This document shows positions 51,235-64,000 of a DNA stretch of 64,000 nucleotides, piece after piece (within the stretch, counting starts at the first letter, position 1; each line of letters opens with the position of its first letter). Both the position numbers and the translations under genes were made by a program. Origin of the DNA: Narcine bancroftii (Eukaryota); the NCBI RefSeq assembly GCF_036971445.1, contig NC_091470.1, positions 248,310,001 to 248,374,000 of the forward strand. The letters run 5' to 3'. The notes below the pieces were generated by a model, which saw nothing but the letters and a program-made list of their open reading frames with translations, ran no database searches and was not told the origin of the DNA.

Positions 51235-51548
51235 GAACAGAAAGGCACAACCTCAGGATTGAAGGGTGCCCATTTAAACAGAGATACGGAGTAATTTCTT
51301 TAGCCAGAGAGTGCTGAACTTCTGGAATTTCCTACCATGGATGGTTGTGGAGGCAGGTTGTTGAGTATATTTAAGGCAGAAATTGATAGGTATCTGAATA
51401 GTCAGGGTATCAAAGGTAATGGGGAGAAGTCAGGGGAGTGGGGCTGAGTGAGAGAATGGATCAGCTCATAATGGAATGGCAAAGCAGACTCAATGGGCCA
51501 AATGGCCTACTTCTGCTCCTATATCTTACCATCTAATGGTCTCATGGA
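51235..51548 (+). mobile_element. CR1 3' end
   Basis: TTCTTTAGCCAGAGAGTG...TTTAAGGCAGAAATTGATAG...AATGGCCTACTTCTGCTCCTAT. Confidence 0.8.
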
Positions 51549-54115
51549 GTAAGATTATGAGGTTTTGCAAGCTGTAGTCTGAGCATTTATTATAGGTTGG
51601 TTCATAATGGATAGTCAGGCTGCATCCAAGCCACATACACATGAATGAAAATAATGGAAGTGGTGTCCACCTGGACAATGGGCACCACAGTGAATCACCA
51701 GGTGACTCTTGGAGTTGATTGGTCAGATACACAGAACATCAGAATGGAAACCATTACTTTAAAATATTTTTCTTAAATGATTTGGTTTCCAAAACCATTG
51801 GTGTTCTCACATAAAAATTGTACAATGCAAGGTGACAGAACCTGTGCTAAAATGGCAGATTCAAGAGCAGTTCACCACCTGCTCAGGCACTGAGGCTCAA
51901 CAAAAGAAATGTAGAGGCAAATATGTAACCTTGCACACATCACCAGTGTTGTTTTGTGCATGCCACGTGGAAGTGTTTATTTAACCTCCCTGAAATATAC
52001 AGTATATGCACATAGGATTGCTCAGTAATTTAGTAAGATTGTGGTTTACTTGTATCCCAACCCAATATGATTCTGTTTTTTCGTAGTGGTAACACAACTT
52101 CTCAACAATTGTATTCTAGATCTCTAGGTATCCTGTGAACTGGAATTTAAAATGCTGAGAGATTGAAGTTGTCCTTTTGGTGATAATTGCACAGAAATGA
52201 AACTTATTATTTCCCAAATAAATGCATGCTCTATGTTTTACAATTATCAATACTTCATGCAGAGAAAAATTACAAGAAGAAGAAACACAAATTAATGAAT
52301 TTAATACATACATCTCAAAAAGCATGTGATATTCTTTTTAATATATAAATGAAACTTTGCAAGTTAGTGGTAAATAACTGCTCCTTGATAATTATTTATT
52401 CGACATGCAAGCCTTACATTTAACATTCTCTCAATACTGATGTGTGTTTTTTTCCTTCTTATACAGAGAGAAGATGCGGAACAAGCTTTCTTGAGATCTT
52501 GCAAACTTTGTGGCCTGTCCTCCTGATGTCCTCTGCTTGCCCCTCAGTCATACATCACTCTTTCTGTCACATTGAACTCCAGATGCTCCTACCCCAGAGA
52601 AATGTTCCGACTCCGGCAATTCTTCTTCATTCTCACTAACAATTTGGTAATGAAATATTGATTTTTAGTTAGATTCATATTGATGCTATTAGGTTTGCAT
52701 CGATAAATCATGTTGGCCTCCTCTGCGAACAGATAGAAAGCACTGCACTGAGCCCTGGAGATTACATTCAAGTACACTGACGTGTTAATTTGATGGATCT
52801 TACACCATTAGAGGGGTAAGAGTGTGTGTCAGGAGATGGGGGGTAGGAGGGGAAGTGATAATAAGAGAGGAAGACTTTATTTTTCTCCTATGTTTTTCTC
52901 CTGCTTTTTTTTAAAACTGCAAACACCTACACTGACACAGTCGTTGCTAGTGAGTGATGTGAAAATGCAAATAAATTAGGAGCTGCACTGGCTGATCTGT
53001 TTGGAGTGAAGGTGACGTGGTCAAGGGAGGAAAGGTCTCAGTCCTCCTCATCTGAGCATGCTCTGGATTCCCTGCATGTGTCTGCGATCTCAGGGCTTGT
53101 ATGACCTTTGCTCCCCCTTCTCAGTTCACCCAGGAAATTAAAGGAACGCAAAAGGACTGTACTATGCAATGGCATGTCTGCATAAACACCAGCCTTCAGC
53201 AGAAAAGGACTGGCATTGGTGGGGATCATAACTCATTATCACTGTGTAAAATCAAGTACACCAGGACTGAATGAAGTGGATCAACAGATTCATAGGTGTC
53301 AATCGGCTGGACATGACTGTCAGTTCTTCTTCCCTCCCAATTCAGGGATGCAGAGAATCCTGGAAATTTACAAATTCATTAGGAGACTTGTTTCCATTGA
53401 GTCCATGCCTGTGATCAGCAGGGACATTTTCATGGCTGCTTCAGGAGGCACTGAACACACAAAGTCAATCTTTCATCCTTGCATCCTGCATTACTGCCCA
53501 TCCATCAGACACTAGGAGATGGAGGCAGCAGATATTTTGTAGGGGTTTGTGCATGGGGTTGAGGGATGAGTGGATCTGGTACAGCAAGGTTACAGCATTG
53601 TCTGAAACAGTCCTGACCTACTGTCATGCTGTCAATCTTGCACTCTATGAAGTGACATAAGACTGAAGATTTACGATCTCAAGCTGTTCAGGACTGGAAA
53701 GGGAATGCATTAAAAATGATGGGTGGGGAAAAGTGATCATTGAATTCGATTAAAAATACTATTTTGGGGATGGATTTGATACAGTAATATTCAGACCAAC
53801 TCACTTTCTGGATCTTGGAATAACTGTGATGAGGTAACCTGAACATAAAGATGAACACTCTGTTGAATCCATCAAGCACTGAATATAAAGGCAATATCAA
53901 AACTATAGTATAGCTGTCCCTACAAGATTAGATCCCAATCATTATGTGCCACATCAACAGAAGCATAGTTTCAGAACACCACTTCGGCTTCTGCTTCTGT
54001 GATCAATGAAATGGCAAGCAATAGAAAATAAATATTATTTCTCCACAATTTTACCTCCTCAGCTGCTATATTTTTCAAATCTCATCCCGCAGCTTAAATC
54101 AGTCCTAGTTGATTA

Positions 54116-54702
54116 CATTGGACAACACATTTTTTTCACAAGGTTGGCTTCCTGACATAAAAATAAAGATTATGATAGGCAACTTCAAGCCAAACACAAA
54201 TATAATTTCAGATTTGCTGCATCCAGTAGGAAGTTGGAGAAACATTAAATGAACTTTTATTGAATTAATCACATCATGATGCTGAAACATTGCGTTAGTT
54301 CAACTGACCTAAAAATGTCTTGCCACTGATTCTCATTTGTACTCAGCATCTGATGCCTTTCATAGTGTCCAACAATAATCAAGTCAGCATTGATGGATTC
54401 CAGTTGCCCTGATACTGCTTTTCCATTGTCGCAATGTCCTGGTGAAACCTTTCATTATGTTTGTCACTAACTGCAACAAGATCAGCAGGGAAGAAGTCCA
54501 AGTGCGAATGCAGAAAATTAATTGTTAATGCATAGTTTTGTATGCTTGAAGACTCAAAATAAGACATGAAATCACAAAAATAGATTATATTTAAAAAAAA
54601 TGCTATGTGATAGGAAGGTTTTACAGTGATTTTCATACAGCAGCCAAAAATCCATAAAATGCACCCAAAAGTGTACAGGAAGAAAATCTTCATTGTCCAG
54701 TA
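54116..54702 (-). mobile_element. Non-autonomous Chapaev3-like (CMC) DNA transposon, internally deleted
   Basis: TTA|CATTGGACAACA ... CATTGTCCAGTA|TTA. Minus-strand transposase C-terminus LHSHLDFFPADLVAVSDKHNERFHQDIATMEKQYQGNWNPSML, then a frameshift, then DYCWTL. Confidence 0.8.
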
Positions 54703-55385
54703 TTATTGAATGTCCTTCTGGATTGCCATGTAACTGAGCATTTGAAATTAAGTGGTAAATGGTGTTCAATGGGTCAGCACATCGGTTTATCATAAATGAA
54801 TGGCAGAAGTGTGTGCTCAGGATGGGTTGTGCACAGGCTTCTGGTGAATAGGAGGTCTTATGTCTGAGGAGTGACCTGCTGTCAGCAGTAACAGTCAATG
54901 TTACCTCATTTCCTTGGTTGACTTGCCCCCAGCTGAATTTGGACAATAATATCAATGGTTTCCCTCCAAGGCATCGATCCATCCTCTTGTAGACGGTAAT
55001 AGCAGTTGGCTGATGTTTCTCCATAACTCACCCTGGAAGGCTTCCTAACAATGTATGCAGACTTGAAGTGGAAAGCTGAGACAGAGGAACCGTCAAACAT
55101 TTCAGGCATGCCATTCTGGGGTAATGAAGCATGCCAGCAAAATATACCCGTACAAGACTTGATAAAGATAAGCTGACATACCAGTCCAAATAGGTTCTTT
55201 TGTGTGTCTTCACACGTCTGTCCATCAAGCCTTCCATCAGGATAGGCAAGTAGCATTCATAGAAGGAACTGCTGGAATGGGAAAGGGTAAAGGGAAGATA
55301 ACATTTAAAATAGCCTCTCTAGTTTGAAACTGAATCAAAATTGTAAGCCTGATTATCTATTGAATCTTTTTTATTTACATTAGTA

Positions 55386-55744
55386 CAGTAAAAGTCTGAT
55401 AATCCAGCATCTGACAGTTGGGCATCTGGCTCACTCATTAGTCCAGAGTATAAGCAGAAAGTGAGGCTTGAGTCAGGGCTCCAGCTGGGCCAACTCCAGA
55501 CTGTGTGATTGGAGCAGGGTTTGGGGTCTGTTTGGTAGGTTTTCCACTGGAGATGGTGTCCAGAGTGGCTGTATATTTTCTGCTCCTTTTAAACTCTCAA
55601 TATTCACTGGAACATTTATTGCACGATTGTGAAAAATATGCAAAAGAAATGTTGTATTATTATTATTAACATCCAATAGTCCAGAAAATCTGCTAGTCTG
55701 GCATTTTCAAAGGCCAAAGTTGCCAGATTATTGGAGTTTTACTG
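55386..55744. mobile_element. Tigger/pogo-like MITE with TA TSDs
   Basis: TA|CAGTAAAAGTCTGATAATCCAGCA ... TGCCAGATTATTGGAGTTTTACTG|TA. Confidence 0.82.
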
Positions 55745-57926
55745 TATATTTTATAACCTGTCTGTTTAATGGCATGACTCAAAATGGAAACAGGTTGATC
55801 TGCCCTTTGGCTCCAGTCACCAGGATTTCTGCCCAGGAAAGTGAACAGCCTATTATTTGTCCCTTGATTTGACCAGTGTCTTCTGGATGTTAAAACTGCT
55901 GTTTATATTAAAGAATGTCAGAATCAAGACTGAAAGAGCTTCAAGTGGTATCTGACCTTGTTAAACTTCGAATGGTAAAGTGGAGCCTACTGACAAATAT
56001 ACAAATATTACACTATTCTGCAAATCTCAAGGTTGCCTCTCTGCAATTTCTAACACATTTGTGAGCTATCTCCAACCACATTGAGAAAATAATTATTCCA
56101 GTCTGTGTTATTTTCATCCACTTACCTTGAGACAAAGGGAATCAGTGTTCAATAGCAGTTTCCTGTTTCCTCTTCTCTCTACTGACCTGTTTCCATTTTA
56201 AATCTCAAGGGTAGCAGAGGGTTCCCTTGTTTCTCTCTCTCTACCAGGGCATGTTGTACATTTACACTCTGAGTACCCTCACAACCAAGATGCAATGGTA
56301 TCTACTGTACTTATGTTTGGATACAATATGTGTTTCCTTACTTGATCTTTTTAGTTTTAAAAAAGTTGAGGAAATGTAATGCTGCACTGCCCCTTTCTGG
56401 GAAGACTATGTACATATGTAATATATTTAAACGTGATAACTTAAAACACTGATTGTAGATTCTACTGTGTTTAAATTTTATTCTTTGCTTCCCCATTGTT
56501 GGTACACACATCACTCTCGTCCCTTTGCAAGTGCACTGTATCTCCTTGCTAGCTATTGACTGCTCTGTAAATTTCCCCCGAGCTCAGAACCACTTTAAAT
56601 TTCCCCCACATTAGTAAGATCAACTTTTAAAAAAATACAATCTGAGACTTTTACTTTGAGCCAGGTGGACTCTTCTGAAGGTGACGGAATATGTAAAAGG
56701 TGGATGCGTCTTAACAACCTGTGCACTTATTTATGAAAATTAAACAAAAGAAAAAAATAATTTGTATGATAAAAATATATATTTAGATTTTCCAAGCACA
56801 ATTCTGAAAAAAAATAAGAAAAAAAAACAATGTCTCTTTTTATGTTTCATAAAGATGTTACTACCATTATGGATCTTTTTTGCAATAACAGGCTTAATAA
56901 ACACTGTAATGATATTTAAGTCACTGTGAATTGTTCTTCATGCCTTGGAGCAAATGAATGGATAAATGTCAGAACATCCCATGCAGTTTTTCAAAATGTC
57001 AAGTCCATCTCCTAAATGGTGTGGTTGTAGGCTGTCTTCAGTGCCACAAACATACTCAAATAACTCCTGTCACTTTTATTTTTAATGATGTAAGCAGAGT
57101 TTGTACTGGTCTCTGGAACGGGTGGCAGATTCATCTCTAATACCAAATATCAGCCTGTTCATCTTCAATCTCTCTCAGTTTCATCTGAATAGAATGAGGC
57201 AGCATGCAGTGTCATTTACCAATACATTTGATTTGAATGGGAACTGAGAGTCTGTAATGGTTGAGGACCGCGTGAACTTTGTGACTGAAATAAAATCCCA
57301 TTGATTGTACCATTCACTTTGTGCAAAGGATGCAAGACTAATTATATATAGTTTTTCAAAGAAATATAGAGCTGATTCTTAATGATAGCTCTTTTAACTA
57401 GAAGCAGTTCTTTCAGGACCAAAACAAGCCATTCAGCCTATCAAACTTGTGCTGGCTCTTTGAAAAAATAGTTAAAGTAGTGCCACTCCTACGCTGTTTG
57501 TCCGCAGCTCCACAAATTCTCTTAAAAGTATTTATCCAGCTCCTTTTTGAAGCATTCTGTTGAATCCAGGTAATTTATTTCATTTCAGAATCTCATATTA
57601 TGACACCATGTTCAATGTGGCAAGATATCCTGTGCAATCAAACACAATTTGGTGACAAGCCAAATGTGGCAGTGTAAGGTATGCTGGCATTTCCCCACTT
57701 AAGTGTTAGCAAGTTCAGAAGGTACACACAAGCTTGAGTGATTGCTGTTGGCTCTGCCCCAGCATTGTCCCAAGTACACCACGATAAAGTCCTAGGGTAG
57801 CACATGAAGTTATAGGTAAGAAGTTCCATAGCATCATAGCTGAAGAATCTACTACAACTGGAGCCATAACTCAACTGCATGGAATCAGCAACCCCATTAA
57901 TTTCAATGAAGGAGAATAGTCTAATG

Positions 57927-58901
57927 CAGTATTTCTCAACCCCCTGTGGGACCTGAACACTGATGTCCTATGAATTTGTTATAGATGGTCTGCAGCAGTG
58001 CAGCAAAGACAAATATTGCCAATAGAACAAGCATAATAAGTAAAGCAAGGTTGGAATTGTGACAACAAATAAACCTAAGTTCAAAATAATTTCCCACTAA
58101 AAAAAACCCAAAGTCCCTTTGGTAGTCAGGAGGAGGCTGGAATGCGCCAGCTCCCCTAATCCCAGTGGTGACCCTTGGGTTTATTATAGGTCAGGGTCGC
58201 CAAACCACGGCTCACGTGCGGCTTGTGGAAATATGTTGACTGAGACAAGAATCGCAAGAGCGGGTGCTCACAACGGTTGTTTTAGTGGGCGTGACCCCCC
58301 ATTTTTGTCCCTGGCCGCCCACCCACTAGATCTCCCGACCACTCTCCCATCCAAACACCCAACCACCCTGCTCATCCGAATTCCTGATGCACCAAACTTA
58401 TTTACCACCTGGTCCCACCGCCAGCCCATTTATCCGAGCTCCTGACCCCTCGAACGTAGACTTGCCACCTGGTCCCAGCTGCTAGCCTCCCCATCCAAGC
58501 TCCCAACACGTCAAATGTCACAGGCACATACTGCAGTCAAAAGATATATGTAAATAATAACCCCCTAAATTTTACACTAAAAATTGGCCACAAAATTGGA
58601 CTATTACATGCATATATGTGGTATGTGTAATTTTTGATGATTGAAACTAATTAAAATCAGCTGTTTAAAAACTACACATATAAATAATATTATATACATG
58701 TATTTCTTCATATTTATATAACTTTTTTGTAACAAAATGTGCATGTAAGAGTAAAAATGTATGCAATTTTTTTTATATCATGCAGCTCTCAAACATCTGA
58801 TGTTATCATATGTAGCTCTACAGCAACTTTGGCCACCCCTGTTCCAGGTAGTCCATGGTAGGTAGAGGAATACTGTGAGAGGAAAAGGTTGAGATTCTCT
58901 G
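57927..58901. mobile_element. hAT/Charlie-like MITE (outer)
   Basis: TIRs CAGTATTTCTCAACC and GGTTGAGATTCTCTG; 8-bp TSD GTCTAATG/GTCTGATG. Confidence 0.8.
58192..58841. mobile_element. hAT-like element nested in the outer MITE
   Basis: TIRs CAGGGTCGCCAAA and TTTGGCCACCCCTG; 8-bp TSD TTATAGGT/TTCCAGGT; degenerate C-rich repeats inside. Confidence 0.78.
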
Positions 58902-59214
58902 GTCTGATGGATGAAAGCAAGTGCCAGAATTTTAGAGTTCTGCAACTTTATTTTATTTAGTAACGTGGAAAATAGCAACTTACGTCCATCCGCACATAGG
59001 ACCAATATTTTTTTAAAATAAAGAAAAAACAATAAACTTGCATGATTAGGGTGAAAACTGGGCCTATGGTGGCAGCCATGTTGGCTGGTGGCCAATCTCT
59101 CAAAAGAGCTGACCTTGGTGGCTGTCATGTTGAGATATTTCACTGCATTTTAACTCGTCCCATTTTTCATGAATCTGTTGCTCAATATTCTGGCAGTCAG
59201 ACTGACTTTATCAC

Positions 59215-59755
59215 AAGATCGCAAGATAAAGGAACAGAAGCAGGCCACTAGGCCCATTGAGTCTGTTCCGTGACTCTACACTAAGCTGAACTATGCTCAC
59301 ATCTAGTTCCATTTTCCAGCCTTTTCCCCATATCCCTTGATACCCTTACTAATGAGATACTTATCCATTTCCTGTTTAAATACTCCCAGTGATTTGGCCT
59401 CCACTGCTTTATGTGGCAGTGAGTTCCACAGACTAAAGAAGTTCTTCATACTTTCTGTTTTAATTGGATAACTTCTAATTTTAAGTCAATGACCCCTTGT
59501 CCTCGATTCACCCATGAAGGGAAACATCTGCATTCACTCTCAAAACTTTTCAAAATGTCTCTATGAGATTCCCCCCCACCGCCCCCCCATCCTCCTATAC
59601 TCCAACGAAAACAACCAAAGAGGTGACAAACGCTCCACCTCTGCCAACCCCTGCATTCCAGGAATCATCCTAGTAAATCTCCTCTGCGCTCTCTCCAACA
59701 ACATCACATCTTTTCTAAGATAGGGGGCCCAAAACTGTACACCAAATGGGGTCTC
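59215..59755 (-). mobile_element. CR1 3' part
   Basis: GGAACAGAAGCAGGCCA tail; CATCCTAGTAAATCTCCTCTGCGCTCTCTCCAAC (reverse complement of ERAQRRFTRM). Confidence 0.85.
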
Positions 59756-59821
59756 ATTTATGTTGCATCACGCTCTGATTTGGAAACTCTAATTGGTGAA
59801 TATCAAACCTAGCTAAATTAA

Positions 59822-60115
59822 TGATGAGCCCCAACTTCTTGTCCGTTGAAGACGGACATTCTAACAGGTGCCTCTATACTACCAATCAACCACAATCAGA
59901 GAGAATCATGATTAATAGGCTTTAATCGCCTTAAAGTGTCAGCACAGACTGCATGTTGCTGGCCCAGTTACAAGGCAAGTACTGAGGGAGGGGTTTGGGT
60001 GTAACAGTCTTTATGGGGATATCTGGGAGGGAGGGAGGGAGGAGTCATAGGTTCAGGGGGCTGGCCAGCCCACACAGTACATACATGTACATACATATAT
60101 AATGGTAACACCACA
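59822..60115 (-). mobile_element. Probable solo LTR (294 bp)
   Basis: Minus strand starts TGTGGTG and ends GGCTCATCA, with CATAAA and ATTAAA in LTR-like order; no matching TSD found. Confidence 0.5.
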
Positions 60116-60595
60116 GCCACTTCAACCTCCTGTGCTTCAAGGAAAACAAGACTATCCTATCCAGTTTCTCCTCATGACTGAAAAAATTGCCCTAGTTTAT
60201 CTTCACTGCACCCTCTCCAGTCCAATCATGTCCTTCCTATATTATGACAACTAGAACAGCATACAGTACTCCAGGTGTGGCATAACTAATGTCTTATAGG
60301 GGTGTCACAAGGTCTTCCTGCCTTTATGCTATTCATGTCAGAAACACATAGACTTATGAAATTCCCTCTCTTTTATCAAAACTGTGTCAATTACAGAACC
60401 AACCCAAACTCTGCATATTTAAGTTGTGCTATCCCAGAAACCAGTCACTGCACTTCCTCTGTGGGAAGAAGATCTGCTTCCAGTAAGGGACCAAAACCGT
60501 CGATTTAAAACATCTATATGAGGCACTGCCTCAAGAGGGCAGCCAACGTCATAAAGGATCCCATCACCCTGGTCACAATCTTCCCTTGCTGCTCT

Positions 60596-61513
60596 TGTTA
60601 CGATCCCAGAGGACTCCAAAACCCAGCAGCAATATAAATTCACCAAGACAGTGGTTACTTAAACAAAAGTTACTTTTAATTTTCTTTAAACATAATAACA
60701 GGACCAATCTTTAACTTATTACTATTAACTTAACCCCCTTCTAATTCTAAGCGCTCGTGTATATATGATCAGGAAAGTTCTCTGCTTCACTGTCCAATCA
60801 TTCATTTTTCACTTTTCCAAGTTCACCCCTATCAAGCAATTCTTATACTATGCACAGAATTTAACATTTATGAATCTTCACCAGGCTCTGGTGCTTAAAG
60901 GTAATTGGTTACCGCTCAGGAAAGTTTTTGTTGGTTTCAGAGAGAAATTTATTGCTCGTTGGACACACACATGGGTTTTCCAAATGATAATCTCTTCTTC
61001 CAGGTCACCACAGAGTTCCTTTTATTTTCCTTATTTCAGGAGAAAAACTCTAGCCAGCCATTTCCTCTTGTAAGGACTAACAGGGTTTTTAACAGGCTAA
61101 AATCAGAACTCAAAACCATCTTCAAAATGGGATCTTTCAACAAGCCTGCCTGCTTGCCATTTTGCAGCCTTAACTGCTGTCTAAAAGAGAAAATCACCTG
61201 TCTGTTATTTTCTCCCTCTGCTTATAAAAACCATTTGACTTCTTACAGGACTCCAAACCCAAACTTTGAAAGATCTTATCAGCCTCTCTGAGTCTGGACT
61301 TTATTGCCCACACAATAGATCAGCATTCTTCATTGCTTCTGAAAAGCCAACTGGAGCTTTAACGTTTAGCTTCAGCCAAACTTTTGCATTTTAAATGAGA
61401 TGTCTTTTGTGAAGTGTTACTCTGTTTCTGAAGTATAACCTACACTAAACCCCCACAATCTATCTCTTTTAAAGACATATTTATCCATACCCATACTGAT
61501 GTAATCTATAATA
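60596..61513. mobile_element. Solo LTR (918 bp), Gypsy-like
   Basis: TGTTA...TAATA termini (terminal CA mutated to TA); 4-bp TSD CTCT/CTAT; it interrupts a contiguous Rex-type sequence. Confidence 0.7.
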
Positions 61514-61564
61514 CTATCTTCAAGTGGAAGGTACGGACGTCTGAAGACCAGCATCTCTAATTTC

Positions 61565-61670
61565 AGGTAAAAACACAATGGTGGAGAAACTCAGCAAGTC
61601 AAACAGTGTCTTTTATATAGCAAAGGTACAAATACATAACCAATGTTTTGGGATTGAGCCCTTTATATTT
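61565..61670 (-). mobile_element. Penelope-like terminal repeat remnant
   Basis: GGAGAAACTCAGCAAGTCAAACAG...AATGTTTTGGGATTGAGCCCTT. Confidence 0.55.
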
Positions 61671-62084
61671 GACTTCTCTAGGTTCAAGACCAACTTTTAT
61701 TCAACAGTTATCAGGCTTTTGAAACTCTCCGTTGTACCCAAACCCTAACCATACATATTCTGGGACCACCAAAAGATCTGAAAATCAGAAGTGTCATTTT
61801 TTTTCTTGCACTAACTGTAATTGTGAATATTTATCTAGCTTTAATTTTATATTTATTATCTCTTTTTCTGCCTCATGGCATATAGTGGTAGTTTAATTTA
61901 AACCATTGTTGGCGTATTTTATGATCTGTTTGGCTACAGCAATTAAGAATTGCAGACCATATGTATAGTGTACTTGCATATATGACAATAACCTCTCATT
62001 TCACCTCACATTTCCTACTCATATACCTGCCAAAATGTCTTTTGAACATTGTAATTGTACAATTGTACTTGTTTCTACCGCTGT

Positions 62085-64000
62085 ATAAAAATGGACCCAG
62101 TACTGATCCCTGAGGCACATCACAAGTCATAGTCCTCTAGTCAGAGAGGCAATCACCTGTTCCCTCTGTTTGGTTTTTCCCGCACTCTAGTTTCTCACAC
62201 TAATTCAGTTTACTACCTCAAAACAAATTAATCTTCTTGACCAACCTCCAATCCGGGATCTTGTCAAAGGCCTTACTAAAGTTCATGTAGACAGCATCCA
62301 CTGCCTTTCTTTCATCAACTTTCTATTAACATCCTCAAACAAACTGTATAAAATTGGTTAATCACGACCTACAATGTGCAAAACCATGTGGACGATCTCT
62401 AATCCATCCTGGACTATTCAAGTACTTGTATATTCGGCCACTTAAGAGGCCTTCCAATAACATCTACTACTGATGTCAGGGTCACTGGCCTAAAATTCCC
62501 TGGGATTATTCTGAGATAATTTCTTAAGCACAAAACAACATTAGCTTTCCTCAAATCTTCCAGCACCTAACCTGTGGCTAAAGATATCTTAAATACATCT
62601 GCTAGGGCCCCTGCAATTCTGCATTAGCCATATTCATGGTCTTAGGGAGTATCGTCAGGAACTGGGAATTATCCACCTTCATTTGTCTTAAGAGAGCAAG
62701 CACCTCCTCCTCTGTAATCTCTCTCAGGACCATGACCTCACTGCTGCTTTGCCTCACTTCTATAGACTCTATGTCCATTTCTCAAGTAAATACAAATGTG
62801 AAAAGTAATTTAAGATCTCTCCCATCTCTTTGGGTTCCATGCATAGATCACGGCCCTGGTCTTTAATAGGACCATATTTGTCCTCTACTATCCTTGCTCT
62901 TAGAATATCTGGAGAAGCTCTGTGGACTTTCCTTCACATTTTCCATCAGATCCACCTTGTGCCTTCTTTTAGCCCTCTTGATTTTATCCACGTTTTTCTT
63001 TTGCATTTCTTATACTCCTCATGTACCTAGTTTATTCCTTGCTGCCTACACTTGCTATGCCCCTCCTTCTTCTTCTGAACAAGGGCCTCAATGGCTCTCA
63101 AAATACAAGATTCTTTAAATCTGTCAGTCTTATCTCTAACTCTGATAAGAATATACTAACCTTGTACTCTCAAAATGTCACCATTGAAGGCCTCCCGCTT
63201 ACCAAGCAAACCTTTGTCAGAAAACAACCTGTCCAAAACAATACTTGCCAGATTCTTTCTAGTACTGTCAAAATGCATCCTTTTCCTGTTTAGAATTTCA
63301 ACCTGATGACCAGACCAATTTTTCCACAATTATTTTAAAATTAAAACTTAAGACAGGCCCTTTCAGCCCACGAGCCCATGCTGCCCAATTACACCCAATT
63401 AACCTACAACTCCACTACAGTTGAAATGGTGGAAGGAAACTGGAGTGCCTAGAGGAAATCCACGCAGACATGGTGTGAATGTACAAATTCCTCACAAACA
63501 GAGCTGGATTCGAACCCCAGTCACTGGTGCTGTAACAATGTTGCACCTACTGCTGTGCTAACTGTGACGGCCATCTTGAAACTATCTTGAAACTAATGAT
63601 ATTATGACCAATTGATCCAAGGTGTCCCCTTACACACACCACTGTCAGCTACCCTGTCTCATTCCCTAATAGGATCCACTATTGCACCCACTTTCATTAG
63701 GACCTCTATATATTGATTTAGGAAACTTTTCTGAACATATTTGACATACTTCAATCCATCCAGTCCTTTTATAGGATGTAAATCCCAATCAACTTGTGGA
63801 AAGTTAAAATCACCTACTATTACAACTTCATGTTTCCTGCAACTGTGTGCTATCTCTTTACAAATTTTCTCCTCCTTTTACCACTGTCTATTGGGAGGTC
63901 TATAATATTAACCTATTAATGTGGTCATCCTTTCTAATCCTCAGTTCCACCCATTGCCTCAGTAGATGAGCCCTCTAGTCTGCTCTGAGCTCTGCTCTGA
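62085..64000 (-). mobile_element. CR1 ORF2 fragment (APE to RT), running off the window end
   Basis: GATCCCTGAGGCAC (VPQGS), TGTCAAAGGCCTTACTAAAG (FSKAFD), GAAAGTTAAAATCACC (GDFNF) and GGAGGTCTATA (YRPP), all reverse-complemented. Confidence 0.88.
63330..63570 (-). mobile_element. tRNA-derived SINE nested in CR1
   Basis: GGATTCGAACCC (reverse-complement B box); same family as 24385-24632; possible TSD TATTTTAAAATTA/TATCTTGAAACTA. Confidence 0.75.

Larger units (their letters stand above)
60440..61995 (+). mobile_element. Rex1/Babar-like 3' fragment split by a solo LTR and a Penelope-type fragment
   Basis: GCAGCCAACGTCATAAAGGATCC..CCCTGGTCAC upstream; GAAGGTACGGACGTCTGAAGACC downstream; tail ATGACAATAA. 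Confidence 0.65.

Noticed and set aside
54572-55256. Minus-strand ORFs as an upstream part of the Chapaev transposase
   Set aside because: They lie mostly outside the TIR/TSD boundary at 54702 and lack the expected Cys/His motifs.

Overview
Eukaryotic DNA of roughly 40% GC, crowded with transposable elements and interrupted by four short assembly gaps at 4.5-7.5 kb. The repeat mix (CR1, Rex1/Babar-like and RTE LINEs, Penelope-type terminal repeats, tRNA/Deu-type SINEs) suggests a cartilaginous fish, possibly a ray; that is inference only. I found no host protein-coding gene, rRNA or tRNA gene. Every long ORF is retrotransposon RT or a shadow of one, so the window is probably intronic or intergenic. 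Notable observations: (1) two ~99.5% identical RTE copies sit in different host elements 11 kb apart yet are 5'-truncated at essentially the same nucleotide; (2) a compound RTE insertion at 43.8-44.3 kb carries a fold-back of its target site and a 245-bp inverted copy of DNA lying 1 kb downstream; (3) a CR1 copy has its own 3' segment duplicated at its 5' end; (4) a non-autonomous Chapaev3-like element keeps both TIRs, a TTA TSD and the catalytic C-terminus; (5) six decayed hammerhead-like motifs occur in Penelope-type ends; (6) several nested DNA transposons and solo LTRs have recognisable TSDs. Boundaries of old repeats are approximate; boundaries defined by TIRs or TSDs were read base by base.
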